A DNA stretch of 63,556 bases, filler included, from Sphacelaria rigidula (GCA_964200075.2; 6 parts of 6 records of this genome joined end to end with filler, not necessarily neighbours in it), one strand, 5' to 3'. Counted from the whole stretch's first letter, positions 35,492 through 49,689 are shown. Notes: generated by a model not told the origin, from the letters alone. Numbers and translations: made by a program.

Positions 35492-36844
35492 CTGTAAAAC
35501 ATGCAACGCGGATTGCCACAGCAAAGTGAGCACGCCATCAGCAGACGCAATGGTGCGACATGTTAGTCAGCGGGAGGGGCCGTGCAAGCGAGCGGTCAAC
35601 ATAGAAATGCTGAGACGAAAGAGTAAGTCACAACTGACGCCCTTCTTTCGCTGCACCAGGCTACGAGAACGCATGTCAACAGTAGGGAACACTCAGGCAC
35701 AGACGTTATGCTTGGGAGTGCCGCAGAGTCGCTATTCTTTTCGCTCCTTCTATGGCTATGCTGACGACCAGCCGTTCGCAGAATCAAGTGCATGAAATAT
35801 TTTGCGATATGTCTGGGAGATCGCTTGGGCGTGTTGCAAACGCCTAGACGAGTATGCGCGTTGATCCTTCTTTGCCGCGTGTTGAGTTCAGCACACACAA
35901 CATATCCTGAAAAAATACAATTTTTACGCATCACAAGTATGGAGAGATGGAAACACTGGTTGAATTGGAAGTTTGCAGCTGGTGCACGACTAGCGATGGG
36001 GAACTAGCCATTCCGAGGGTGGTATCAATCGTATCCTGGGAGAGAGAGGGGGAAGGGGAGAAGGGTCTGCGGTACGCTTTTGCATGGCAAGAATTGGCTT
36101 CTCAACTTGAAGTCGACGTATTCCATGAGTCACGGGAACGGTAAAATCCCTATAGTAGCGATTATAACGACAGGAAACCCAACCAAACCTTTGAAATATT
36201 CCTGAGGATGATAGCAATGAGTGACTGGGCTAGAGGTGGATGGCACGATTGATTTCAGAATTCTTGTACTGTAGCCAAAATCAAGCCAGTGTAAAATCGA
36301 GTGACGTTGGGATGCGGAGATGCACAGTCCATTTTATTGATCGGTTGATTGATTGAGTGAGTGAGTGAGTGAGTGCTCGTCGCAGTTCAACTGATCCCCC
36401 CAGGAGTCATGATCCAGCCATGGTCATGGTCATTATCCACATTATGGACGTTGACAACAAAATCCCAGTGAGACAAGAAGAGATCAAAAGCCTCAAAGTA
36501 GAGATGCAACAGCAGGGACCACATCAACATGACGCTCCAAAAGTGTAGCAGGGCTGTTGTGTGATCTAGGCATGTGACCGGGGTTCGTACGGTATCCGCG
36601 CAGTCCTCGACTGACGAAAATAATTTTATTTGCAACGTCAACAAGCGGCTACCGCAATACCTACTCAATAGTTAATAGTTGCATACATGGTATCACACTG
36701 ACTGCCGTGGACAACTGAAGAGGGTGACATACCGGAATTTTGTTCAAGGCCATAGGGGTGGCGCTGAAGGCGAAAAGGTACCTCGACCAATCAGCGGCCC
36801 TCCGATTGTTCTGAAATAAAAGCACGAATTCCCAACACATATTT

Positions 36845-37188
36845 TCAAGGTTGCGTTTTATAGGGTACGGATATGTTCGGTGGGGTATGATATTTCTCAC
36901 AGAACTTACAGAACTGCCGGGTACGGTATATACATCGTACAGAAAGCCGTTCCCGCAACCGGGCATTTCTACAAGGGTACACCCTTACCCCGGGTCAGGG
37001 TAAAACAATTGTACAGGTCTTACAGAAGTGTCGGGTACCTGTATGAAAGGCTTGAAGAACTTACAGAACTGTCGGGTACGGGTGTGGGAAGGTTAGAGAA
37101 GTTACGGAAGCTGTTGGGTACGCTCAATACCTGAATAAAAACCCCGGGTATCCAAAAAATCGTACCCTACGGAACAACATAACCTTCA
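36845..37188. mobile_element. MITE (~340 bp), CAAGGTTG family, copy 1
   Basis: TIRs CAAGGTTGCGTTTTATAGGGTACG / CGTACCCTACGGAACAACATAACCTT; internal repeats of CAGAACTTACAGAACTGTCGGGTAC. Confidence 0.82.
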
Positions 37189-37309
37189 AGTGTTTCGAGA
37201 CCATGTTTTTGATACACAACGGTGTTTGCGCATTCGTAAGTTTGGGTTTGGGACAGTTTTGTTTTTGTCCCTAGGATTCTCCAGAGGACGGTAAACGAGG
37301 AAGAAAATT

Positions 37310-37648
37310 CCAAGGTTGTGTTATGTAGGGCACGGGCATGTTCGGTAGGGTCTGTGCTTTCTTACAGAACATAAATGACTGTCGAGTATCCGTATGGAAG
37401 TCTTGTAGATTTTATAGAACCTGTCGGGTATGGTATGGAAGTTGTACAGAAACCTATACCCGCAACCGGGTATTTCTACAAGGGTATCCCCGCGCACCGG
37501 GCAAGGGTAAAAAAATTGTACGCATCTCACAGCACTGTCGGGTACCGGTATGAGAGGTTTGCAGAACTCACAGAGTTGTCGGGTATGGGTAATACCCGAT
37601 TATATAGCCCGGGCATAAAAATGCGTACCCTACAGAGCACAACCTTGC
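37310..37648. mobile_element. MITE (~340 bp), CAAGGTTG family, copy 2
   Basis: TIRs CAAGGTTGTGTTATGTAGGGCACG / CGTACCCTACAGAGCACAACCTTG; AATT on both flanks (37306-37309, 37649-37652); colinear with copy 1. Confidence 0.88.
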
Positions 37649-38221
37649 AATTTTTGCCCAATCTCCACATGCTTCGAATCTTAGTAACCGCCATCAGCTC
37701 GGGAATATCAAGGTTGAAAACAAAAGTGAAAACGGTTACTATAGGATCGAATTACGCTCACTCAAAACCGTGGTATTTCGGTGATGAAGGATTTTGACGT
37801 CGTCGGCTTCCACTGGTCATATGCCCCAAAGACCCTCAAAGTCTCCCGACGGTTTCACTTAAATCTCTCGTAGAAATGCTCAGACCGCCCTCATATTTAG
37901 CAGTTTGGTAGGCGGTAGTGTTCCAAGTGGAAAAATGTACCGTTGAAAATATTTCGAAAATGTTCTCCGCTCCTTCCCGGCTTCCGGGCGCCCAGGCGCG
38001 AAGACGCCCGAAAGCCGATACAGAATGCCTCGAAGCAAGAGCAAAAAATACACGCGTACCGGGGTAGCCACAGGGACATTTTGTACGAAGATTGGTTGCG
38101 AAACTCGAAAATGTGATGAAGTTTCTCTCGTTTCGAAGGTAAAATAAGTCTATACTAAAACCAAGTAGTCAGGGTTTTGTACCTTTCAAAAACTCACTTC
38201 ATCGCACGAGAGTGAAGACGT

Positions 38222-38502
38222 TCGCGCCGATTATTGGAGTTGGACTCCGAAACCTTGCACACACTTTACTACGGTACAGTAGCAAACTTTCATGAATGAG
38301 TTCTTTCGATTTTCGTTATATTTCGCCAGTTATCAAGGGTCCCAGAAAGTCATGTGATCCCCCAGTATATTGGAAAATCTTGGGACCCCCGATAACTGGC
38401 GATAATAATGTAAATCGAAAGATTCCATCCATCAAAACTTCCGCAATGTTCCATAGTATGCGTGTGCAAAGCTTCAGAGTCTGGCTCCAAGAATCGGCGT
38501 GA
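38222..38502. mobile_element. Foldback/palindromic element (~280-bp imperfect hairpin)
   Basis: 38222-38262 pairs with 38462-38502, and 38322-38345 pairs with 38379-38402. Confidence 0.82.
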
Positions 38503-39569
38503 TATTTTGCGGATGAATGAATTCTGGGCGACTTGCGTGAACCAGCTGGTGTCATTTCATCATTCACAAACCGGCATGCTCAGAGGGGACGGGGGGAAGG
38601 GGGGACATATCCCGGGAGTCTTCTACGCCCCATAACCAGCACATTCCAGAATATTGTTTTGCTCCTAACGCAATCAAGAATTTGGTGCTCGCTGCCACAA
38701 GCTACTTTGATGTAGCTCTTTTGACTAGTCATTTTTGATCACCTCAGCCGGCGCATAGCTTCACCAAGTGACTAACTATCGTGCTTAGAGTCAGGATAAC
38801 TCCCGGGGCAGGCTGTCCTTAAATGCGGCGAGCTTCCTGGATGCATTCGCATCTTTTATTTTCTCCTTCACCTATCCGGTCGCCCTGGTGCCTCAATTGA
38901 TTGATCAATTGATTGTCGCACTTCAATGACACCCCCAAGGATCCAGGCTTGGTCGCATGATACACGTACCCAAGAAAAGCATAACTTGAAGTTGGTAACC
39001 TCGAAACCTTTTGACGGTTGAGTCGTGGGTTGGGATTTCGGAGCAGTCACACGATCTGACATTTTTTTCTCACGCAATGCCCAAGTGTGGAGAGCGACGA
39101 TCTATGTCGTGGGTACGCACAATAATTCGACGTTACAGTCGGCGAGGGAAAGGGATCGCCGAACCCCTCTCGCGGTAAAAAATAAAACAAGCATCGAAGA
39201 AAGAAGGTGGAGTACTAAAACAAAAGAAAGAAGAAAAAACTCCTGTGTTGGCCTTCCTCCTCCTGTGTGACCCCGGCTCATGCGCTCACATGCACCGGAA
39301 GATGTAGACTGGTGTCCACAGTAGACGGGATTACAAAACATACATTATTTTGTACGATTTTGCCAACCCGTCTCGTGTTTCTTGTTATTCTCCAGCTGCA
39401 CACAACAAGGCCACAACAAAGTGCGTGAACCAGGAAAGGGAGGGGGAGGTCCCTAAGGTCTAAAAAAGACACCATTAAAAACAGTTCTTAGTGCCACTTG
39501 CCGTCGCTTGGTTCAACTGCGAAACGGGCGGACGGAGGCGGTGGAAATCGACAGCAAAACGTATGAGGA

Positions 39570-39696
39570 GAAACCAGCGACTGACGAAGGAGCTAGCAGA
39601 CTTCAAGGCTTCCCGTCAAGTCACGGCCACGGTAACGTCCCGCGTTCGACTCGTTTGGGCTTCCCACATGCGGTACATCCTCGCGTATCCAAATAG
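39570..39696 (+). pseudogene. Possible helicase-associated (HA) domain relic
   Basis: RLTKELADFKA, then a frameshift to HGHGNVPRSTRLG; resembles the L-x-x-F-K-x-x-H-G-H-x-x-V-P pattern. Confidence 0.4.
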
Positions 39697-42340
39697 TGAC
39701 CACGGTCGATAACAGGGTCTCCATGACCGCCCGCGGTTGAACGACATCCTGCTTAAGACTAGTCGACACATCATCTATCACGGAAACATGCAGGGGCCGA
39801 ACAAGTTCGAGCGACTTGTCGCTTCGCTAATGTTACCAGTCGCTTTGCTAATGTTACTAGGGGTAGGAAGATACCCAGACTCTAGTCTGTAGCAAAATAT
39901 GCAGACATCGGACAGGTCATGAGGTACCTGGATATTACCGTTTATTAAAGTCCTGATCCGGATCATGAGCTAGCTCCTTTGGCCACTATTTCCGTATTAG
40001 CTCGATCCCGACAGCGATGTACGCCGAGCTCGCCATCTAGCGGGAGGGTAACGCTTTGGCTTCTCGGACACTGGTGTCACGTGCTTTGTGTTGATGTACA
40101 AAGGATCTAAGAGTTCTCTTCGATTGGTTATTTCAGGTCATATAGCTCATGACCTGTGCGACGTGTGAAAAAGTATGGCACTACTGTACTGTGCCATTTT
40201 TTGTTACAGTCACCTTGCCATTCGCGTAATTTGGCGTTTCCGAGTGTGTCCTGTGGACGGATGAACGACGGCGTAACTCACAAAACGATCACATCATTGT
40301 CACGAAGAGCCACGCTCTGTTGCTGGATGATCGCGAGTCATGTTCCAGTGCTGGAAAAAGAGTGTGAAGATAACACTGTAGGTTTACGGCAGCGACGAAG
40401 GCTACACATTTGTAACTGTACAACGGCCAGCAAAAGTTATACGCTGGATATTGTGCCTCTCAACAGTTGCTTCCCCCCTTCCACAGAATTGTGCAATAGG
40501 TCGAATGCGCCACGCTGTTTTCACTCAGAATTTTCCAGGCGCATGAATTGGGAACGTGTGCTGCACTCGCGCGTTGAAAAAGAAGCGGGGAGGGCAAAAG
40601 TTTTCTTGTCTCTCATATGACCCATGCGCGGAAGAGGGCTTCTCCACCAATCTACACCGTACCATAGTTGGGCCAGATCTGCACACATACTATCCAATCT
40701 GCTATTCCATGTTGTTCCATGCCTTTTCCTGGAATGTCCCCCAATATTTTCAAGGCGACTGCGGACTACCCTTAGTACCCCATATACTCCGCGCGCGGCG
40801 CTCCCGAAACCGCCATAAACAGTAACCATGCCACCTGCAGAATCGATTACGTACTCTCAAGCCGTACATGAAACCGCCATGCGCAGACGTCTAGTGAAGG
40901 CGTGCTTATATCGATGCGAAACGCCGCCGTAAGTTAAGACCATGCCAACTAAGGTCTTGCGTGGTCTATTTCGTGCTCGAGCACAAAGATACATTATAGT
41001 ACAGTGCACATGATTCTTGAGACACATCGCTGAGAATTTCCTAGATTTTAGGTCCTCAAGTTTATAGTCTTGTGTGGAATTTCGCCGGACTTGGTAAAAA
41101 CAGCAATATACCGCAGTACTTTCCATGCTCGAGCTCCGGTGAACTACGAAACATGGTATACTTCCACATTTAAATTGGCATAAACATTGCACAAAATCAA
41201 CCGTGCAGGACCTGTCCATGTGGAGGTGCATTACAGCGCAGTTGCGCAGCGACGCAAGCACGCCTTTGCACAACGTATGACATGGTGGTGCAGGGAATCG
41301 TTCGGGGGCAAAGCCTCGGCTTTTGCTTCCAAAAGAACATGCTGGGTTTGGCCGTGTTCAGTGAACGACAAATTATCGCGTGCAGAATCGATTTGGCGGG
41401 TCGCATGGATTGCTGCTTCTAGGGGTTTGGGGAGCGGCGCGCGCGGAGAACATTAGGTAGTGGGGTTAGTCTACACGCACTCTGAGAAGGCCGTAGAGCG
41501 ATCCAAAAAATAGTACTAACCCTCAAAGCACTCAAGGATTTATGTTTCGAGAAATTGCCTGACAGTTCCGCGGACATTCCGAGTATGACCATTCTCTGCG
41601 TTCGTGGCCCTATTGTGACCCTCGGTCGGGCGCCAAAACAGACACTGTAAACGATGTTTTTGGAGCATGACAGTTTTAGCAAGTTTCGCCATGTTTGAGC
41701 ACGCAGGTTAGAGTATTGGAGCACCATTTGTCTGTTGTGAAGACTCTCACCGCGGCGCAACCGCAGCCTACGGTTTGCCAATCATTCGCACATGCCCATA
41801 CCACATGCGGTGGTGCCACGGGCACCGCTCATGGAGACCTCCACCCACTCATTATAAATATACGGCACTGTACTGTTCAACGTATTGTAGTCACAAGACA
41901 CAGGTATACATGTGGGTGGCGATGCCGGGCGCCCAGACCCCCTCTTTTCATGTAGGCATTGTTACGTTGTAACCTCCATCAAAGCAACTATTCCACACCC
42001 TGGTCAATACATGGTCGAAAGTAGCGGTAGACAAAAAAATATACTGAGCAAAAGTGCAGGTCTACTGCAACCCCGACAAAAGTTGCAAAAGGCCTACACT
42101 TTACGCAGTACATTTCCGGTCTACAGTAGTCAGCGTCAGAAGTATGCAGAATCCGTAATTTCTTAGTTTTTCAAAGATTGTCCAAATTTGTTTTGCTCGC
42201 CACCACTCATCACAGTGATTGTTGGATGCCAAAAATGGACATCCGGAGATATTTTATACCTCTTGACAAATATTGAAAGAAAAATTATCTGCGATCAATA
42301 ATGAGTGACTTACGGGCTTGACCGATCTTCGGGGTTCCTG

Positions 42341-42440
42341 NNNNNNNNNNNNNNNNNNNNNNNNNNNNNNNNNNNNNNNNNNNNTTAATTAATTAANNNN
42401 NNNNNNNNNNNNNNNNNNNNNNNNNNNNNNNNNNNNNNNN
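42341..42440. other. Artificial scaffold-concatenation linker
   Basis: N44-TTAATTAATTAA-N44. Confidence 0.98.
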
Positions 42441-45417
42441 AGTTAAACCTCAATTCGCACAATTTGTTGTTAATAGTAAATAGAGGGAGGAGGGGCGATG
42501 TATTTTGCCGGAGACACACCCAAAATCACAGCGAGGTGTTATTACCTCAGGGAACATAAGCCTGCGAACCGCCACATGACATTTTGAAAAATGTCGCATG
42601 TTGTACTACTCGTAGATAGCATGCAGCACTGGATCAGCGTTACGTCACCAAGCATCGACCAAGCCATGAAATCGATGACAAGTCAGTGAACATTCGATCA
42701 CATGCAGGATGCAGTAACCGGGTCGTTCTTACCAAAAATGCGATTAGTATCTTGTACCACCGAATGAATTGCGCCCCTTTTTGCACCATCGTTAGGAGCA
42801 AACACACCACGGTGCATCCACACGAAGATCAAGATCGACAAGGATAAATATATTGTGCTGCGCTGTCAGCAGCGTATCCCCCGACCAAATGCCGTCGGCG
42901 CTTATGTTACTCGTTTCATCCGATCGTCCACGATCGTTTGCTGGAGTCTACCCTACTGCGTACCGGTCTAATACGATACCGGTCCCATGGGATTGCGAGC
43001 CCCGACTCCATCGACGGGATGATCGACGCCACCCCAGATCCCGGAATCACCCTCAAGACGTACTTGATGTGAAGTTGTAGATATCCTTTGTCCCATGTCC
43101 CATCAACGCGCGTAGTCAAGCACGCATCCACTAAAGCACACGTCGGCGATTCCAGGCAGGCGCGGTACGCTACATTTCGAGCAGAAGATGCTTGAGCAGC
43201 GACATAAACGACGTTGTAGCTACAATCTAGATCCAATCGCACCGTTAAAACGCTGATGAAATCACCCGCTCAATTACAATTCTGGAAACCAGCAAACTAC
43301 CTCACCCTCTCAGTGTGGTATAACCAAACTTATTAGAGGATATGAATTAGTGCAGCGATGCAGGGCGCACCAGCTCTCCAACACGGTAGTATAACGTGTA
43401 GATAACGTGAGGTGATGTAGCAAGGTGGATCACGCCACAGTGTTGGTATATGGGTTGAAGGCACACCCGAAATGAAACGATCGCAATTCCACATGCCGCC
43501 CATATTTGATGCGCTGGCTGAAGTCTTGGTTGAATATAAGCGGCGACAGTGAGAGTTCACGGTCGAATTCTACAGCTCCACGTTGGTAGACCGATCCCGT
43601 GAGACACGGCCTCCAAGCAAGACATATTATCTTTTTACCACACGCGCTTGCAGCGGATGTACGTGGGTCAGAGTTGGTCTCATACCGCTACCTGTTTGAG
43701 TTGCGCAGTGATCGCCAAAAGGCGCACACGTGGCCACTTGAGCTCCCACAGAAGGTCCGTACATCTTGACGGACGTTTCAAGGGCGTTCCCAGTGTGCGA
43801 AGACGACAAGTTTTCCTAGCTTGCGCGTAGACGTAATGACACATACTTTCATCCTGCTCAAGGATTCTCGAAGCAGGTTGCCTCAGGAGTCATGACTCGA
43901 AAACCTCCGAATCGTCAAAACGGAGGAAGCGGGGACGTTACGTGTGTCACTGTGTTGTTTCCCACCATGTCATAGCCGTCACGCTTCTTATCCAGAGAAC
44001 CTAAGACATGATATCTGGGTATTGCCTGAGATTCAAGAAATCCGTATTTGACTCGAACACATCTGTACGAAATCCATATGTTGCCCATAAGACTATACAG
44101 GATGCCCGGACGCTGCCCGGCCTGGGACATACCCACATTCGGTGTGGACACAGCTGTCAAAAATCTGCATTTGGTCTAGAAACAACCGCAAGAAATCCGC
44201 CTCTCGCCAAAACAGATCGGTATCTGTGTAATGGAGGGGGGGGGGGGGGGGGGGGGGGCAAGGACGGCTCCCAGGAGCAACGTTAGAACGTCGTTCGTTC
44301 CGCTATAAAAAAACTCCCTGTGGAGGAGATTGGAAGAGGTAGGTATGTAGAGTGACTACATGGCAGGCGTTAGTAATTATGTGGTTTTAAGAAGAAATCA
44401 CAACGATGGGAAAAAGACAACGTGATCTTAGTATGCGACTATCGGCTCATTGGTATTAATGAACTAGTGACGACGTGATTCGGATGTGAGATTATCGATT
44501 CGCCTGGCTATAGTGCCGGGTCGCCAACGATGTGGTTCGATGACCGGTAGTCAGATACTTGGTTTTAGGGTGGAGTAATCGAATGCGGATATACGCGGGA
44601 GTACGCGCGACTATTTGGGTATGGTGTTACGCTATCGATTATGTGATGGCGTAGGATTGATTACGTATTGCTTCCAATGTACGGACTCAGTGACACATTC
44701 TTGACCACATAACCTCATCTGCGAGGTTGTTGATTCCATTTTCGAGCAAGCATCTTTGCTTCTTGAGCTTCGGAGGAAAGCCAGCGCGCGGTTGAATTGC
44801 CGGCGGACATGATAAGAGCACTGAAAGTGTACCATCGTCAATTACGAAGTCGGCGTGGAGTGGGAGAGTCGCACCCATTGCGTGATGACAAGAATAGAAA
44901 AGTGAGTGAACCGTCGTCAATTTTAGAGCTAACGAGGGAGTGGGAGCGCCGCATCCACTATGCGATGACAAACAACAGTCAGGCTATCAGGCACCACACC
45001 TCCACCATTCCGATCCCGATTCCTTCAACAGGGGACTATTGGACAGAAAGAACAAATCTCGTTCACACATTTCACAGGCACGCTGGCTAGCCAGACACAA
45101 GAAAACCTCGATGACGAACGTCATCACCATCGATCTCATGTCCCCCCTCCCTCGCATGGGAATTCCCTTTCTCCTTGCCCCGCTATTAGTTCGTTCACGA
45201 CACTACTATTTGGAACAACTGCCCCATCAAGATCACGAGGTTAGACGGTAGAGTACGTGCTCAAAAGCTGACATTATTTTCATAGGAGGGCACCCGGCAT
45301 TGACACTGCAAAAGCAAAATATTGCCGTGCACCGTGCAATGACGACGATCAATATATGCTGATGAACACTGCACTCGACGCTACTTCTGCACCATATACA
45401 TGCACACAAGAAGAAGA

Positions 45418-45776
<359 letters not shown>

Positions 45777-47218
45777 AAGGCAGCAGGAGCATACAGCAAC
45801 AGTAACGACGACACAGCCGAGCGTAGGAAACACAACGACGGCAGGCAGCGACAGCACACCAGTGCGTCGAGCATCAGCAGCACCGCAATAAGGACAACGC
45901 AACACCGGCACGGCTCCAACAAACAACAGTGCAACGGCGGTACGGCGGCGCGAGCAACAGCACAAAACAATAGCACAGCCGTGCGGCGGGCAGCAGCAGC
46001 ACACAGCAGCGGCGCGGCAGCGACGAGCAACCGCACAGAACAACAACACAGCCGTGTGGCGAAGACACCACAGCAGCATGGATGGACACCACGGCCATGT
46101 GTAACAGCAGCGCCCAGAAGCCCTGAAGAGTAGCCGTCTTCATCATGCAGCCCGAAGTAAAATGACGAGTCCGCCGGGATGAAAAATTGTAGCACCTCCT
46201 GATGATGCTCGTACAGATGCTCGTACATGTTCTCGTACCGACCGTATTTGCATTTCATTCAATTATATATCGGCTTAGGTCATTGTGCTTTGAAGGTCTG
46301 GTTACCTGCGTCATATCGTAGGGCGCGACACTGTTGAGAAACTGGTCCTGATCACCCGATGATCTGTTTGTGCATGAGTACGGTATAATTATGCAGCGGG
46401 CGGAAAGACGAAGCACAGGGCACCCACGGGGCAAAACCAGGGAGGAACAAAGGTTACCACGGGACAAGAACAACCTACATATCCCATGCTCAACTTCTTA
46501 TGCTCAACGTAAGTATGGTAAGTAGACGACAGAGCGAAACAGTGCAAGAGCCGAAGCAGGATACACGGCACATTGATGTTGCAGTGCAGATCAAACCCAT
46601 GACGCGATAACCCCCCCCCCCCCCAACAATTTATTTTGATTGTTTTCGTGGGACATAGCCGGGGTGACACCATCGGCACGCAAGTACATTACGGGTTGGG
46701 CACCATGTCACGAATCACGTGGTGGATGTCTAGAGGTGAAGGGTGCCAGTTCGTGGGCACCCGAGTTGTCATCTCAAAAGACATGTAAGCACCAGGATCC
46801 GACCGAGTTCGATGATGATTGTGCATGCAAGATGGTTTAAAGTAACTCTCCACCTGCACCGCATGCTCGAGGCAACACCAGCTTCAGGCAAGCCAGGCTT
46901 ACTTTAGACGAAGACCAGCGACACCTCTGATATCGCAGTCCATGGATGGCGTAAATGCTTCTTGTATTATCGGCGACAGGCTAGTGGCTGCTGTACGTGC
47001 TGGGATCAATCCTAAAAGCTCTGTGAAATCGTGGGTAGATAATCTGACACAAAGCATGACAAAAGTATGGCACATGAGCCTAGTCGACTGGAGAATGACC
47101 AATAAATCCATGACAGTAGTACTACTTGTGCGCTGTAGACTACGAATCGTTCCCTATTCGAGTGAACAGGCTTTTCAGTGTAGTCTACGGTGATGATCAA
47201 GACATGGTACAGATGCTT

Positions 47219-47423
47219 TGTAACGCGTGAGAGGACCGCGTGCTTAGAGGACCGCATCGAAATTTGAACATACCCATGGTTAGGGTTAGGGTTAAGGTTA
47301 AGGTTATGGTCAGGGGCGTGGTACGTGCAGGGATTGGCCGGATTGGCTTTGAGAAACGTCGATCCTGAGGTGTTTTGAACTACGGCGCGGTCCTCTAAGC
47401 ACGCGGTCCTCTCACGCATTACA
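47219..47423. mobile_element. 205-bp MITE with 37-bp TGT...ACA TIRs and internal TTAGGG-type repeats
   Basis: TIRs 36/37 identical (TGTAAYGCGTGAGAGGACCGCGTGCTTAGAGGACCGC); GGTTAGGGTTAGGGTTAAGGTTAAGGTTATGG at ~47278-47310; flanks TGCTT/TGGTT. Confidence 0.92.
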
Positions 47424-49503
47424 TGGTTGTCATTTCGGGTTTTGACAGATGCACGCGGTGGGATTTTCTACCATAGTAGGCGTGTGTACTGTCCTCACGT
47501 ACGGAATGTATGGTTGAGAGGCCCCGCTCCTCATGGTGTTGGGGAGCCACCCCAACCACCCTCTTCTCTTTGCTTCGTCTAACTATGTAATACTCCGCTT
47601 CTACAACATGGTCAGCTCAACCGTGTCCTTTGATCGACTTCACCAGTCGTGTCTATCTGTCCCTGTGTACAGGCCACGTATCAAGGAACATTCTAGAGTC
47701 CAAGTTATTTGCCAACGGCTTGTGGTCCAAACCTTCGACCAAGATGGAAAAACAAAGAGACGCGGCCATATTCCCAACAGCGACCGGGAATGACGCGGAT
47801 TTCAGAGGCAGCGTATGTAAAGCAAAGGCAGCGATGTCTCGATTAGTGCACAGCGCACTGCCCGCGGGCGGGGAGAAGGAGCCGGGTGGTGGGACGCACC
47901 CCACCACGGGCACGGGATTTGGCATGTCCCTGCGCCGAACGGTCGAAAGACCAGCTCAGGCCAGCTCTGGGGGGTGGAGCAACGCTACGATAGGGTTTGC
48001 ACTTTTTGTTTCTGGGTCTCGTTCCTGTACGAGCCCAAATATGTGGGGCTTACTGTGCAACCCAAATCTTCGGGGACCGGACATGGAGATGCATGCAGGG
48101 GTCTTTTCGTGAATCGGCACCACTTTCAGTCTTTTTCAAGTGAAAATGATGCCGATTCCCAAAATGACCCGTTCAACACCCCGAGAAACATTTTCGCTGA
48201 AAAAGTGCTACCCCGACCGTAGCAGCACTCAGTGGGCTTTGTTTCTGAGGTATCCACTGCACCTGTGGGAGACGCGAAAACGCCGTCACCACTCAGCTGC
48301 AACACTGTGCAGGGGGAGGGCGCCGTCTACCTTGCGTGCGGAGAAGGGGTACACAAGATTCGTCGCGGATAATGAAACAATGAATGCCTCTCAGAGGAGG
48401 TACTCTGGACAGAGGGGAACATGTAGTGGCTCTTCTTGTATTCATCTCCTACACCCTTCACTCACCCAACATAAACTGCGCATGCTTCACCCGAGCTGCG
48501 TCCAAACCCAAAATGTAGTCATGCATACGCAAAACGAAGTCCAAAAATTACCGAGGTTCGAATGTGCGCATGCACCTTGGATCCTCTCATATTCGGAACA
48601 TTCAGTCATAACACCATATCCGGTACCTCATACAATATCCGGTACCTTTGATATACCATCAATTTGCCCCCTCATGTACCCGAATAAATCCAAGTACATG
48701 TGCACTGTGGTTAAGCTCGGCAGTATTCTCACAGTCCCCCCTTGTCGAGTCCTATGCCATAAAATCAAAGAAATTCTCACAACAAAAATGCCGTGAGGCA
48801 CGAAACACTCGGCAAGAAAAACCAAAATCATGGAAAAAGGTCGCGTCCTGAATGATATGTCCCCTAACCCCTTAGCACTTCCCCATCTATTCGAGCATGA
48901 AACATCATTCCATGTTTCTTGCACAATCAACTCCAAGCGAATCATATTCTTCTCGCCACAAAAAAAGTACATGCCATAGTCACGGTGAAAGTCGACGGAG
49001 TCTGCGGGCAAAACCGTCAAAAAGTCGGCATGCTGGCACTCAGATCTAACATGGATAATCGAGATATCCCTTCTTCCCACTAACTCCCTAGAAAATGATA
49101 TATTACATCAATGTGCTTAGAGTCGGAGTTCGATATGGGGTTCTGTGCCAACTGAAAAACACCCTGATTGTTCTCGAACACTTCAATCAACTTCAGGCAG
49201 CATGAACTCCCACACCTATCTCAAAAAGAGCAACTTCGTCACCAAGTCGGTCATCGTGACGTACTCTGCTGCTTATATTGACAGGGTCACACACTTTCGC
49301 GTCCTTGAGAACCATGAGACACATCCACCCCCACACATCACCAGTCCATTTATGAGGTGCCGATTCGATAGAGCAGGGGGGCGCTTGACCATGGAAGAAT
49401 GTAGAAGTCGGAGATGGGTTTTGGAGAATAGTATATTCCGAATGTGGCCATACCAAGTGTTTATTTGTTGACCACTTCAGCTTGATGGTCGATTCATGCA
49501 TAT

Positions 49504-49689
49504 GACCGCATCGGAATTTGAACATCACTATGGTGAGGGTTAGGGTTAGGGTTAGGGTTAGTGTTAGGGTTAGGGTCAGGGGCGTAGTACCTCCAGGGAC
49601 TGACCCGATTGGTTTTGAGAAACGTCGATCCTGAGGTATTTTGAACTACGGCGCGGTCCTCCAAGCCTGCGGTCTTCTCACGCATTACA
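49504..49689. mobile_element. Second copy of the TTAGGG-carrying MITE, left TIR truncated, nested in the Copia
   Basis: Colinear with 47250-47423; about six TTAGGG-like units at ~49537-49580; right end ...CTCACGCATTACA. Confidence 0.9.

Noticed and set aside
45090-45180. Integrase-like peptide ITIDLMSPLP
   Set aside because: Too short, with no accompanying DDE or HHCC motifs.
49537-49580. True telomere or healed chromosome end
   Set aside because: Only about six units, embedded in a TIR-bounded element present twice.
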